Source of the DNA: a bacterium
Lineage (GTDB): Bacteria > Fidelibacterota > Fidelibacteria > Fidelibacterales > Fidelibacteraceae
Direction: 5' to 3'
Assembly: GCA_963676395.1 (NCBI GenBank)
Contig: OY781066.1
Span: 1,472,001-1,536,000, forward strand
Length of the DNA stretch: 64,000 nt
The notes under the pieces are model-generated. The model worked only from the letters and a program-made list of their open reading frames with translations. It was not told where the DNA came from and did no database searches. Made by a program: the position numbers and the translations under genes. Positions 1 through 10,228 of the stretch are shown here, piece by piece; position 1 is the first letter of the stretch, and each line of letters starts with the position of its first letter.

Positions 1-612
1 TATCCAGTCATTGTTTATTCGTAGATCTAATATTGAGTTTGAAATATTCTGATTATAATTTGTGGGGTTTCGCAAAGAAAAACCCATTGATTTTTTTGGT
101 AATGCCAAGGTTGTTCTTCCCCTATATTTAATACCAACCACATGTTCTACAGTATTATTTTCTTCAGGGCTGATTATTTTCATCACAGCCGGTACTTTAG
201 GTTCATTAACTATTCTATTCGGTGTAATAATTTGGATTATCGGTAGATCGGTAAACATTAAATTAAGAACTTTAGTTTGACCGTTGGCTCTTAACACTAT
301 TTCGTAGTTTTTATTATATTCAATATCGCCCAAATTATTATTATTTTTGTTTTGTAACTCAATTCCATTATATGATACGCTTGAGCACTTTTGAAATTCA
401 ACATAAGGAGTATATTCGCTTCTTGAATTATTGGGCAATGAATATCTTAGAGTGTTGTTTCTGTGATCATAACTGCAAGCCTGATGATCAAATTTAAGCA
501 TTAATGTTAATTTGTAATCATCGTCATTAAGCGGATTAAAAGAAATTTCTTCCATATAGCAAGATTGATAAAGCCCAATTATTATTATCAGAAATATTAT
601 GAATTTTTTCAT
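1..612 (-). CDS. CotH kinase family lipoprotein, 5' part (runs off the window; not in the ORF track)
   Basis: Manual translation from ATG at 612, which overlaps the upstream TGA: MKKFIIFLIIIIGLYQSC...TDLPIIQIITPNRIVNEPKV...GIKYRGRTTLALPKKSMGFSL...NNDWI. This matches the CotH RG...PKK and DW motifs seen in the two full CotH genes of this window. Confidence 0.85.
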   Translation of the reverse strand, partial: MKKFIIFLIIIIGLYQSCYMEEISFNPLNDDDYKLTLMLKFDHQACSYDHRNNTLRYSLPNNSRSEYTPYVEFQKCSSVSYNGIELQNKNNNNLGDIEYNKNYEIVLRANGQTKVLNLMFTDLPIIQIITPNRIVNEPKVPAVMKIISPEENNTVEHVVGIKYRGRTTLALPKKSMGFSLRNPTNYNQNISNSILDLRINNDWI

Positions 613-1289
613 AGTGCAAAGTGATATATTGTTTTTAAATAATATAACTTTGAGGGATTATTGCAGTTCATTTCTTGTTCCAGACCATATGACAGATCTA
701 AATCCCCAAATTTGGTTTGAAAGATACTTCCCATATTAAAGCGAAGTTTCCCCCAATAAGGTAATGATAAATTTTGAATGTAGCGAAAAGCCTCAGTTGA
801 GGCAAAAAGATGGATGTTTTTGCTTAATTTATATTTTAACTTCAATCTATGACGAAAAGCTATTGATTTGGGAGCAATAGCCAATGTTTCTTTATTGATG
901 ATATTGTTTTCTTGAAGCCTGAATCTATAATATAAGTTGATTTTTTTATGTGGTTTAAGCTTGTAGCCCAGATCAAAGTTATATCTTAAATTATGCTCGG
1001 TATCATTCCATCTTTTTTCATTATAGATATATCTTAAATTGAGACCAAATGTAAAATTTTTATCAATCTTATATTTTCCACCAAGATCGACCAAATAATC
1101 ATCAAAGATCCTGGCATTGCTGTAAAAGCGAATTTGTTGCTCCAACTCTAGGTCTATCTTTTTAGAAATATGTTTATCAATATTTATACCACTCCAAATA
1201 CCAAAATCTCTTATGACTATAATGTCTTGGCACAATAGAAATGATGGAAGAAGGAGAAAAGTGATTAGGAAGAGGATAATTTTATTCAT
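609..1289 (-). CDS. DUF2490-like outer-membrane beta-barrel protein
   Basis: Signal peptide, DFGIWSGI, ELEQQIRF, YYRFRLQ, FRHRLKLKY, alternating beta-strand pattern and aromatic C-terminus. Directly upstream of a CotH gene, a familiar pairing. Confidence 0.75.
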   Translation of the reverse strand: MNKIILFLITFLLLPSFLLCQDIIVIRDFGIWSGINIDKHISKKIDLELEQQIRFYSNARIFDDYLVDLGGKYKIDKNFTFGLNLRYIYNEKRWNDTEHNLRYNFDLGYKLKPHKKINLYYRFRLQENNIINKETLAIAPKSIAFRHRLKLKYKLSKNIHLFASTEAFRYIQNLSLPYWGKLRFNMGSIFQTKFGDLDLSYGLEQEMNCNNPSKLYYLKTIYHFAL

Positions 1290-1465
1290 TTTTCATACTT
1301 GTTTATATGCGGTAAATATAAGTCAATAAAAGAATAAAATCTATTAATAATTAGGGAAAAAGATGTGAACTATCGTATCCGTGCATTGAAGAATATAGAT
1401 AAGTATATATTGTATAAATAAATTTGATGATTAATATTTAAGAGAGCTGGAGAATTGATAGATTA

Positions 1466-2260
1466 CTATTCTTTTTTCCGTTTAAAGAAAATTGATATTA
1501 AAGAAACTATTCCCAGTATAAATCCTGCTTTATACCAACCCGGATATGCTTTACTCCAGTCATCATAAACCGTACGTTCGGTGAACCAAGTGAAGGGCCA
1601 ACGGACAATAGTAAAGTATCCGTGTATGTAGCCGATGAAGGTTGAAGATATCCATGACTGACCCACGCTTTCAAGTTGAACTTTTTTTATGTCCTTATAT
1701 AATCTATCATAAATATTCTCGTAAAGTTCCGTACTAAAAAGATCATCACCCGAAAATGCTAATTGGCGTTCATAGTATACAAATTGATAGAATGTGTCAT
1801 CTTTATATGTCATCGCAGAAATAAAGGAGCCGAGTGTTCCATCATAGAATGGGGCATGTAAGATAAGGTAATTACGACCATTGATCTTTTCAATATCAGC
1901 TTTAATTGATGATTCTGCTAAATTTTTCATAAAACCCAATTGCTCCAGATAGCCCAGAGATTTAAAATATAGAATTTCTTTACTTACATTGCTTGAACCG
2001 GCAAAATAGGTATAGGTTGTATTAGCAATATAACCTTTTTCATAACTTTCATTGGCAATGATGATCCCATTTTCACCAATATCACCCATATAGGGAATGT
2101 CATCAAAGCTCATCATATCTTTTAATTCACAATTTTTATCATAGCGGATGCGAAATGATTCATCTTCCGCAGTATAGATTTCACGGATTTTTAAGTCACA
2201 GGATGTCATAAGGGTAAGTGATAATAATAGGGATAGTAGAAAAAATCGTTTATATCTCAT
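1466..2260 (-). CDS. Hypothetical lipoprotein with C-terminal membrane module
   Basis: Lipobox LMTSC, GGAG SD upstream, hydrophobic C-terminus (GYIHGYF...WYKAGFILGIV). Confidence 0.7.
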   Translation of the reverse strand: MRYKRFFLLSLLLSLTLMTSCDLKIREIYTAEDESFRIRYDKNCELKDMMSFDDIPYMGDIGENGIIIANESYEKGYIANTTYTYFAGSSNVSKEILYFKSLGYLEQLGFMKNLAESSIKADIEKINGRNYLILHAPFYDGTLGSFISAMTYKDDTFYQFVYYERQLAFSGDDLFSTELYENIYDRLYKDIKKVQLESVGQSWISSTFIGYIHGYFTIVRWPFTWFTERTVYDDWSKAYPGWYKAGFILGIVSLISIFFKRKKE

Positions 2261-2324
2261 ATTTGCTCCTTTGTCTGTTTGGGAATTTAGGGGCAGATAA
2301 AGTTGTATACAAGAATGAAAATGT

Positions 2325-2699
2325 TTAAAAATCTTTATTTAACCACTCCATAGCACTTTCTTTTTTGGAAAAAATTTGCAAATGATAATTACTGGCGTAA
2401 TTATAGCTTTTTAGTAAATAAGCAAGGGCTGTTCCATTTGGTTCCGAAAGAATAATTGCGTGTTTGATTAATAAAAATTCTTTTGATGCTTCATACATGC
2501 ATTTAGCAAGTAATTCAATATCATCATCAGAAAACATGACAGTAGATAACGATGCGTCTTCCAGGAGTCTGATTTTTCTTGGGAGATGAGAAGCTTCCTT
2601 TAAATAATTAATACCTTCCAACATATCTCTTAGTTCAATTTGTTTTTTACTAATGATATTCAGGAAGATACCTTTAGAATCTTGGTCTACTTTAATCAT
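2325..2699 (-). CDS. STAS/SEC14 (SpoIIAA-like) small protein
   Basis: IRLLEDAS...IKHAII...LQIFSKKESAMEWL, the typical F....A..WL ending. Start placed at the ATG of MIKVD. Confidence 0.65.
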   Translation of the reverse strand: MIKVDQDSKGIFLNIISKKQIELRDMLEGINYLKEASHLPRKIRLLEDASLSTVMFSDDDIELLAKCMYEASKEFLLIKHAIILSEPNGTALAYLLKSYNYASNYHLQIFSKKESAMEWLNKDF

Positions 2700-2888
2700 G
2701 TTGATACCCGTATGAGTTAATAAAAACAAATAGTGTGATAAAACAATATATAATCACTGCATGTATAATGCAAGATTAAACATATAATATCCATATGTAT
2801 TATAGAAACATATATTGTTATTTAATTAAAATATGCAAGCCACTAATTCATGTTGGGAAAAATGTTTTTTATTTGCGAAGTCTATGAT

Positions 2889-3683
2889 TCATTTCATCCT
2901 AAAGATCTCTTTTCTCAAATTCCCATAATGATCAAAAGCAAAACGATTTGAAAATCTAATTGATAACAGAACATTTAATATTCCCGATGAAAAAATGGTG
3001 ATCATAAGCATGATTTGGTATTTGACGGCAACATTCGGGTTTGATCCGCCAAGGATCTGACCGGTCATCATACCGGGTAGGGAGATGAGCCCCATAATCG
3101 CTGTATTTGCAATAACAGGGTTGAATGCTTTTTTTAGTGCATCACGCATAAAAGGCAGAAGGGCTTCCTTTCGCGTGGCGCCATTGGCAAGATACCAGCG
3201 ATAGAGGTTCTGTTCATCATCAATACGGTTGTAAAAAGCATTCAATGAGATGATCACATTTCGGATTGTATTTCCAAGGAGCATGCCGGTGATGGGAATT
3301 AAATATCGTGCGTCGAATACGTTATCCAGCTTGATAACGATACCTAAAAAATAGGCATCGATGATTAAAATACTTATAAGCGTAGAGATAAGAATGGGAG
3401 CGAGGAAGTATTTGTATTTTAAGCCAGTTCTACGAATAATGGTGGACGTCGCTAGGGTAGCCATGATAATAAGCCAAGCAATGTTTAACCATGCATTATT
3501 CAGTTTAAAAATATATTCCAAATATAAACCAACAAGCAAGAGCTGAACTGTCATTCGCAGGGTGGCGATGATGGTGTCTTTGACAAGGCCGGTTTTGTAA
3601 TACCACAATATCCCAATAGGGATAAGCATTAGGGCATAGCCTAGAAACAATCTTAAATAGTTGATATCAAAAACGTCTTGCAT
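2889..3683 (-). CDS. fetB: ABC transporter permease, FetB/YbbM (UPF0014) family
   Basis: RMTVQLLLVG, YLIPITGMLLGN, GLISLPGMMTGQILGG, AVKYQI motifs. Confidence 0.9.
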   Translation of the reverse strand: MQDVFDINYLRLFLGYALMLIPIGILWYYKTGLVKDTIIATLRMTVQLLLVGLYLEYIFKLNNAWLNIAWLIIMATLATSTIIRRTGLKYKYFLAPILISTLISILIIDAYFLGIVIKLDNVFDARYLIPITGMLLGNTIRNVIISLNAFYNRIDDEQNLYRWYLANGATRKEALLPFMRDALKKAFNPVIANTAIMGLISLPGMMTGQILGGSNPNVAVKYQIMLMITIFSSGILNVLLSIRFSNRFAFDHYGNLRKEIFRMK

Positions 3684-4310
3684 CTAATTATCCTTATCCA
3701 AGCTTATAACTTTATCGGAACATTTCATCCAATATTCGTCATGTGTTACGGCAATGATGGTGGTATTTTTAAGTCCAAGGATATGATCCGTTACACGTTT
3801 TTTAATGCGCTTATCCAGAGCAGAGCTTGGCTCATCGAGTAAGAGGATAGCTTTTTTCTGTAAAACGCACGAAGCCAGGAGCACTCGTTGTTTTTGACCC
3901 CCGGAGATCTCTTTTACTTTTTTATCAAGAATGCTTTCGTCTAAAGAAAATGCAGTAAAAATATCGTCAATTTGTTTCTGCTCCGGTCGTTTCTCTTTGT
4001 TGAGCGAAAAGTTGAAAGGAGTAAAAAACAAGTCTTTAACACTTTGCATATTAAGAGCAGTTTCCTGGGGTAGCCACGCATATTTTTTGCGGATGTTATA
4101 GATGTTTTTGGGATTTAATTCAAGCCCATCAACAAATACATCACCTTCAAAATCAGAGATAAAGCCGGTCAATAAATTTAAGAAAGTTGATTTCCCTTTT
4201 CCTGATTCACCGCTTATGGCAATTTTCTCACCTTTTTTAATATTAAGCGAGAAGTCTTCATAGATATGCTCGTTGCCGAATGTGATAAAAAGATTTTGTA
4301 TTTGGATCAT
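3684..4310 (-). CDS. fetA: ABC transporter ATP-binding protein, FetA/YbbL-like
   Basis: Walker A GESGKGKST, signature ISGGQKQR, Walker B LLLDEP, H-loop VTHD. Adjacent to fetB. Confidence 0.85.
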   Translation of the reverse strand: MIQIQNLFITFGNEHIYEDFSLNIKKGEKIAISGESGKGKSTFLNLLTGFISDFEGDVFVDGLELNPKNIYNIRKKYAWLPQETALNMQSVKDLFFTPFNFSLNKEKRPEQKQIDDIFTAFSLDESILDKKVKEISGGQKQRVLLASCVLQKKAILLLDEPSSALDKRIKKRVTDHILGLKNTTIIAVTHDEYWMKCSDKVISLDKDN

Positions 4311-4387
4311 GGATTTTCCATATTTCTTATCTTAATTTAAGATAAACAAAATCACCACAATTATAAAATAAAATATTTATCACTCTT

Positions 4388-4432
4388 AAACAGAAAACGC
4401 CCTGATTTCCAATTGGTAACAGGACGCTTTCT
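4388..4432 (-). terminator. Probable intrinsic terminator of the vor operon
   Basis: Minus strand AGAAAGCGTCCTG...CAGGGCGTTTTCTGTTT stem with a U-rich tail. Confidence 0.55.
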
Positions 4433-4529
4433 ATCATTTGAAAAACAAAATATGATATTTCAGAAACTAGAAGTCAGAATAAAAAATCTGACTATCCGCT
4501 ATTAGTCTTCGATTTTCAATGTGCAACTT

Positions 4530-5948
4530 TTATGCCAGGTCCATACCTTTTAAGAATGCTTGTTCATTCAATTTATGGAAAGATTTGTTTTTAATGATCA
4601 GGGGTAATGCCTGGAGCACATAGTCCTTAAGTAAGATACCACGAATTTTAGCATAGGCACCCAACATGACCATATTGGCAGCTCTGGTTGAGCCAAGCTG
4701 ATCGGCTTCTTGAGTTGCTGAAATACCAATAACGGTAACATCCTTGCGAGCGGGAGGGGTATCGATTAAACCATTATCATAGAGTATGATACCACCGGGT
4801 TGCACAAGGTCTTCAAATTTGTGCAATGAGGGTTTGTTCATGGCAACTAGAACAGTGGGATTATCGATCATGGGTGAAGCAATGCGTTTATTTGAGATTT
4901 TAACTGAGCAATTGGCTGTACCACCACGCATTTCGGGCCCATAAGAAGGCAACCAGGAAACTTGATAATTATGCCCCATGGCAATATTCGCCAGAGCGTA
5001 ACCCATACTCAAAACACCTTGTCCACCAAAACCGGCGATCTTTACTTGGTCATGAATATCTGCAATTTCGGGAAGTTTAGTGTTTGTAATTTTATCAGAA
5101 AGACTATTGATATCAAGAATTTCATGATATTCGCTGAATTGTGGGTCCGGCTTGATGGTTAAGACCGCTTCGCGATCCTCCGTGACATCTTTTTTTACAC
5201 CGGGTTCAAAATATTTTGAGAGCACATCTGTAATCCATTTCTTGGAATTAACCGGTGTCATTTTTAGTCCTGTAGGACATCCGGATAGCACTTCAATAAA
5301 AGAAAATCCTTTTTTGTCGATTTGCGTTTTTAATGCTTTGCGGACTGCTTTTCGGGCGCGGGCAACATTCTTGGGATCGGTAAGCATCACTCGTTCTACA
5401 TAAACAGGTGCTTCCAGTGTCGCAATGATCTCAGCCATGCGAAGAGGATAGCCTTCGTTTTGCATGGTACGACCACGAGGTGTGGTGGTAGACTTCTGCC
5501 CGATCAACGTAGTGGGTGCCATTTGTCCACCGGTCATACCGTAAATGGCATTATTCACGAAGAAAACCGTCATCTGTTCGCCTCGGTTAGCCGCTTGAAG
5601 GATTTCATTGGCACCAATAGCTGCCAGATCGCCATCTCCCTGATATGAGATCATAATTGATTCGGGATTGGAACGTTTGTAGCCGGTCGCTACTGCGGGT
5701 GCGCGACCATGAGCAGCTTGAAGGTTACCTACATCAAAGTAATAATAGGCGAAGACCGAACAACCTACTGGAGATACGAAAACAGTTCTATCCTGAATAT
5801 CGAAATCTGAGAGAGCTTCGGCAATCAATTTATGCAAAATACCGTGACCGCAACCCGGGCAATAATGTGTGTTTGCTAGATTGGAACCACCTTTTTCGAC
5901 AAATTCATCAAAGAAAGATGCCGGTTTTTGTAATACCGTTGTTTTCAT
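4530..5948 (-). CDS. vorA: 2-oxoacid:ferredoxin oxidoreductase fused beta (TPP-binding)/gamma subunit, VorA-type
   Basis: YCPGCGHG, QGDGDLAAIG, NNAIYGMTGGQ (beta); AGFGGQGV, PSYGPEMRGG (gamma). Confidence 0.9.
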   Translation of the reverse strand: MKTTVLQKPASFFDEFVEKGGSNLANTHYCPGCGHGILHKLIAEALSDFDIQDRTVFVSPVGCSVFAYYYFDVGNLQAAHGRAPAVATGYKRSNPESIMISYQGDGDLAAIGANEILQAANRGEQMTVFFVNNAIYGMTGGQMAPTTLIGQKSTTTPRGRTMQNEGYPLRMAEIIATLEAPVYVERVMLTDPKNVARARKAVRKALKTQIDKKGFSFIEVLSGCPTGLKMTPVNSKKWITDVLSKYFEPGVKKDVTEDREAVLTIKPDPQFSEYHEILDINSLSDKITNTKLPEIADIHDQVKIAGFGGQGVLSMGYALANIAMGHNYQVSWLPSYGPEMRGGTANCSVKISNKRIASPMIDNPTVLVAMNKPSLHKFEDLVQPGGIILYDNGLIDTPPARKDVTVIGISATQEADQLGSTRAANMVMLGAYAKIRGILLKDYVLQALPLIIKNKSFHKLNEQAFLKGMDLA

Positions 5949-5956
5949 AATTGCCT

Positions 5957-7003
5957 CTATAAATTTTCTTTGAATTTTTCAACGATCTCTCTAACTGTAG
6001 GGACTTTGCCACCCATGCGATTATAAAAGTTCACAGGTTTTCTACCGTTCACTACAAGACGAACATCATCGACCATTTGACCGGCTGATAGTTCGCAAAC
6101 AAAAAGAGATTTTAATTTTTTGTTAGCCGCAAATTCATCCAATTGAGGTTTTGGGAAAGGGAAGAGTGTAATGGGACGGAAAAGACCAATCTTAATTCCT
6201 TCTGCTCTAAGTTCTTCCATTACACCTTGGAGAATGCGGGAAACAATACCATAACCAATTAGAATATATTCCGCATCATCGCAGTTTAAGGCTTCATAGC
6301 GGATCTCGTTTTCTGCGATCTTTTTATATTTTGCCTGAAGTGCAATATTGTGTGCTTCAAGTTTATCCGGATCCAAAGCGATAGAACAGACTAAATTATG
6401 TGAATCTGCTGTTCCTTTAACAGCCCATGGACGATCAGGAATACTTTCTACAGGTTTTGGAAATTCTACGGGTTCCATCATTTGACCGATGATACCATCG
6501 GCAAGTACGACTGCGGGGTTTTTATATTTATCGGCCAGTTCAAAGGCCAGCATTGTCAGGTCGCACATTTCTTGAGCACAGTTGGGAGCAACAGTGATCA
6601 ATTCATAGGATCCATGACCGCCACCCTTAAGGATCTGATTATAATCCGCTTGTTCGGGGGCAATATTTCCCAAACCGGGTCCACCTCGCATAATATCAAC
6701 GATCACACAGGGCAATTCGGCACCGGCGATATAGGAAATACCTTCCATTTTTAAACTCATGCCGGGTGAAGATGACGCCGTCATACAGCGGTAATCGGAA
6801 GCAGCTGCTCCGTACACCATATTAATGGCACCGATTTCAGATTCTGCCTGAAGAAAAGTACCACCCAAAAGAGGGAAGTAGTAAGCTGCAGATTCTGCGA
6901 TCTCTGATGCAGGGGTAATAGGATACCCGAAATAATTTTTACATCCGGCTAACAGTGCGCCTCGTACGACCGCTTCGTTGCCTTTTATAAGAACTTTCGA
7001 CAT
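5957..7003 (-). CDS. vorB: 2-oxoisovalerate/2-oxoacid:ferredoxin oxidoreductase alpha subunit
   Basis: [40 protein letters not shown]. Confidence 0.9.
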   Translation of the reverse strand: MSKVLIKGNEAVVRGALLAGCKNYFGYPITPASEIAESAAYYFPLLGGTFLQAESEIGAINMVYGAAASDYRCMTASSSPGMSLKMEGISYIAGAELPCVIVDIMRGGPGLGNIAPEQADYNQILKGGGHGSYELITVAPNCAQEMCDLTMLAFELADKYKNPAVVLADGIIGQMMEPVEFPKPVESIPDRPWAVKGTADSHNLVCSIALDPDKLEAHNIALQAKYKKIAENEIRYEALNCDDAEYILIGYGIVSRILQGVMEELRAEGIKIGLFRPITLFPFPKPQLDEFAANKKLKSLFVCELSAGQMVDDVRLVVNGRKPVNFYNRMGGKVPTVREIVEKFKENL

Positions 7004-7018
7004 AGTTACCTCAATTTC

Positions 7019-7351
7019 TTATTTATTCACAGGTTTAAGACATTCGATACAGTAGGTTTTTTCAGGATCCCGGTATCCCGGTATCAGTTTGACTTCTGTA
7101 TCGCAATGAGAACAGTGCCCGTCTTCCAATCCTTCAACATTACGAACAACCGTAATGGCGCGGGGCTCGGGACAGGTGTAAAAACAGGTGCCGCATCCCG
7201 TGCAGCCTACACCTTTATAATGTGAGGGACGGTAACCCATGGAATTTAAACCGTCCGCGAATTCCAGTACGCTTACAGGACACGCGTCTACGCAAAGGCC
7301 GCAACCTTTGCAATCGTCAGCCTGTATCAATACACGATTAATGACTGCCAT
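7019..7351 (-). CDS. 2x[4Fe-4S] ferredoxin (delta subunit) with extra C-terminal CxxC...CxxC
   Basis: [12 protein letters not shown] and [21 protein letters not shown] before MAVIN. Confidence 0.85.
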   Translation of the reverse strand: MAVINRVLIQADDCKGCGLCVDACPVSVLEFADGLNSMGYRPSHYKGVGCTGCGTCFYTCPEPRAITVVRNVEGLEDGHCSHCDTEVKLIPGYRDPEKTYCIECLKPVNK

Positions 7352-7650
7352 GATATCTCCTTTAAACAGGTTGTGCCAAAGCACATTAATAACCCGATTT
7401 GACTAATTTTACTAAAAATAATGTACAAAAAAGAAATTTACCTACAAAGAGAAAAGGTAGATAAAACCTATATGAAATGAGTTATTATAAGTGTAAACGA
7501 TGTGTGGAATTGTGCGATAAAGCGGAATGTGTTTTTATGAGAATGATTATGAAAAATTGTTGAAAATAAGGAATGAACGATAAATTGTAAGAACCTGGAC
7601 TTCAAAGAATTTAGTTCAATATGCTGAGCTAAAAGAAAAAAATACATTTA

Positions 7651-7676
7651 AGAAAAAGGCTGGAATATCCAGCCTC
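7651..7676 (-). terminator. Intrinsic terminator after rseP
   Basis: Minus strand AGGCTGGA-TAT-TCCAGCCT followed by TTTTCTT. Confidence 0.75.
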
Positions 7677-7713
7677 TAAGAATTTTATAAAGCTTTTTGT
7701 TTTTGACTTTCGA

Positions 7714-8784
7714 CTATTGAAGCAATCTGATCACATCATTTACAATAGCCAAGATCAATAAACCAAAGAGAAGAAACATACCTGCTTGTTGAATGATCAT
7801 TTTAGTTTTTATGCGCATTTCACGACGCATAAACCCTTCGGCAATAGCGATAATAATATGACCGCCGTCTAATCCGGGAATAGGAAGAATATTTAATAAT
7901 GCCAGGTTGACACTTAAAATACCGATCAATGACAGAAAGGGAAGAATTCCGGCTTTCGCTGATTCGCCGGCGAGTTGGCCGATATAAATAAACCCACCGA
8001 CATTTTTAAAGCTTTCTTGTCCTGTGACAAGTAACTTGAGAGAAACAAAGGTCATGTTAAGCCAATATCCTGTGGTTTTAATCCCTTGTCCAATAGCTCC
8101 AAAGAATCCGGCTTTTTTAACTGTGTATTCCGGAGATACACCAATCACGCCAATGATCTTAACTTCTCCGTCAATGATGGTTTTTTGTAATTGAGGTGTG
8201 AGGCTGGCGTGCTGTTTAATACCGTTACGAAGATACGTGATGTTTATCATGGTATCTCGTTTTGCCCTGATCATTTCACCCATTTCATCCCAGGTCTCGC
8301 ATTTTTGTCCGTCAATGCTAATTATCTTATCACCTTTTTGAAGGCCTACTTGACCTGCGGGCGCTTCGGTAGCAACATATTCTAACACCGGTTCGTTGGA
8401 TGCGGTTGCAATGCCCTGTATCCCCGACACAATGGAAAATACAAGAATAGCTAAAAGCAAGTTCATTAAAATACCGGCAATCGTCGCAAAGACCTTTTGC
8501 CATGTTTTTTTAGCTCGATATTCATAGGGCTGTGGTGGAAGACCTTCGAAAGATGTATCCATACTTTCGTCGATCATGCCTGACATCCGCACATAGCCTC
8601 CAAAAGGAATAGCGCCAATGGAATATTCCGTATCGCCTTTTTTCTTTTTAAAAATATGTGGGGGGAAACCGATAGAGAAGCTCTCTACACGAATACCGAC
8701 GGCTTTAGCTGCCAGAAAGTGACCAAGTTCATGTACAAAAACCAGTACGCTAAGTAATATAATTGTAGCAAGGATATATAACAT
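7714..8784 (-). CDS. rseP: RIP metalloprotease RseP (site-2 protease with PDZ)
   Basis: HELGH, FSIGF, IPFGGYVRM, PDZ region, NILPIPGLDGG. Confidence 0.95.
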   Translation of the reverse strand: MLYILATIILLSVLVFVHELGHFLAAKAVGIRVESFSIGFPPHIFKKKKGDTEYSIGAIPFGGYVRMSGMIDESMDTSFEGLPPQPYEYRAKKTWQKVFATIAGILMNLLLAILVFSIVSGIQGIATASNEPVLEYVATEAPAGQVGLQKGDKIISIDGQKCETWDEMGEMIRAKRDTMINITYLRNGIKQHASLTPQLQKTIIDGEVKIIGVIGVSPEYTVKKAGFFGAIGQGIKTTGYWLNMTFVSLKLLVTGQESFKNVGGFIYIGQLAGESAKAGILPFLSLIGILSVNLALLNILPIPGLDGGHIIIAIAEGFMRREMRIKTKMIIQQAGMFLLFGLLILAIVNDVIRLLQ

Positions 8785-8913
8785 CAATAATTCTCCGTAT
8801 GATTTTTCAATTTTGTCGCTAAGGAACAATCATAAATTCGAAAGCGCAAGCTATCCAATCCCTCAAAATCAATAACCTTAATGATCGATTGTTCAAAGAC
8901 TCCGATAGAGTTC

Positions 8914-10134
8914 TTAGGGTATTAAGCTAACATTAGTTAAGAGTGTTCCCGAAGATGAAACTTTTATAACATTGATCGTTTCATCGTAACCCCAGGATTT
9001 TTCGGGATCATTGTTTTGTGTAGCGACTATGATTTCGCCTGTTGATAATTCTCTGACACCCATAGGTAGTTTATCTTCGAATTCCCGACGCCAGATCAAT
9101 TCGCCATTGGCGTCTAGTTTTTGTATCCATCCCATATCAGTATCGAAATAATATGAATAGGATTCACTGACGTAACCGCAAAGAATAATAGAGCCATCAC
9201 GACCTTCGATTGCACCTGTTAATTTTTCTCGTAAAGTTCGACCAATTGCTTTTGTCCAAAGCTTATTTCCATTGGCATCAAGTTTGATCAAATAACTTTG
9301 TTCTCCGTTATTCAAATTGTAATCATTGTTAGTCGAATCGTAAAGGCTGATCATACCAACGATTAGAAAATTACCATCATTTAATTCCTGTACACTATGA
9401 AAATCATCATAACGGTCTCCACCATAAGTTTGACTCCAAAGTGTATCGCCGTTTTCATCAAAGCGTAACGCCCACATATCTGTACTGCGATCTTCAACAT
9501 ATTTCACTCCAAGCGTCAAACAGCCATTGTCGTTTGTAGGTGTACCAACCCTCAAACTTTGATTGTAGACATTGCTAGGAATGCTTTTTGTCCATACTGT
9601 ATCGCCATTCGTCTCAAGCTTTATGATCACGACATCATCATAATTATCTTTACCTTCTACATAAGGTTTGTCTCCCCAACTGAAAACAAAGAGATCATCA
9701 TCACTGGAGGGTGCGATTCCGTTTATGCTTTCACCCAGATACAATTCCCAGTTTTGTTGCCCTTGAGGAGTGTATTCCCAAGCAGAAAAATCCCAGGAAT
9801 AGTATTCGCGAATATTTCCATAGAATAAAATATTTCCATTACTTAAAAAATAGGGGCGAATGATATTTGCGCGCTCATTTACATGAATGGCATGTTGCTC
9901 GATTAGCTCTCCATTAGAATTCACTTCGATAAACAGCAGAGAATCATTGGTTTCCCACTCGTTTGGAATTTCTTCGGCTTTGATGGCAAGAATGCTGAAG
10001 TTGTCGTTTCCCGCTGGGAAAAATCCAAAGACATTGATTTCAACTTCGGGTTCATCGGTATTACTGTTAGTACCGCATGAAAATATTAAAAGGGTGGTAA
10101 ACAATAAAATGCATATTTTGATGAGTTTTTTCAT
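8914..10134 (-). CDS. Lipoprotein with repeated beta-propeller blades
   Basis: Lipobox IFSC. Repeated (K/R)LD.NG...W units (KLETNGDTVW, RFDENGDTLW, KLDANGNKLW, KLDANGELIW). Confidence 0.75.
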   Translation of the reverse strand: MKKLIKICILLFTTLLIFSCGTNSNTDEPEVEINVFGFFPAGNDNFSILAIKAEEIPNEWETNDSLLFIEVNSNGELIEQHAIHVNERANIIRPYFLSNGNILFYGNIREYYSWDFSAWEYTPQGQQNWELYLGESINGIAPSSDDDLFVFSWGDKPYVEGKDNYDDVVIIKLETNGDTVWTKSIPSNVYNQSLRVGTPTNDNGCLTLGVKYVEDRSTDMWALRFDENGDTLWSQTYGGDRYDDFHSVQELNDGNFLIVGMISLYDSTNNDYNLNNGEQSYLIKLDANGNKLWTKAIGRTLREKLTGAIEGRDGSIILCGYVSESYSYYFDTDMGWIQKLDANGELIWRREFEDKLPMGVRELSTGEIIVATQNNDPEKSWGYDETINVIKVSSSGTLLTNVSLIP

Positions 10135-10228
10135 GAGATCCTTTATTATTATCAAAACGAAAATAATTAAATAGCTTCCTTTTTACAAGGTTTTCATTAT
10201 ATTCCTTTTCTATAAAGAAGGACAACAC

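Noticed and set aside
62..280. 72-aa plus-strand ORF
   Set aside because: Antisense shadow of the partial CotH gene at 1..612.
7365..7385. Sigma-54 promoter (TTGGCAC) upstream of the vor operon
   Set aside because: No GC at the -12 position.
7538..7552. Fur-like box TGAGAATGATTATGA
   Set aside because: Two mismatches in very AT-rich DNA and ~190 bp from the start codon; not distinguishable from chance by eye.
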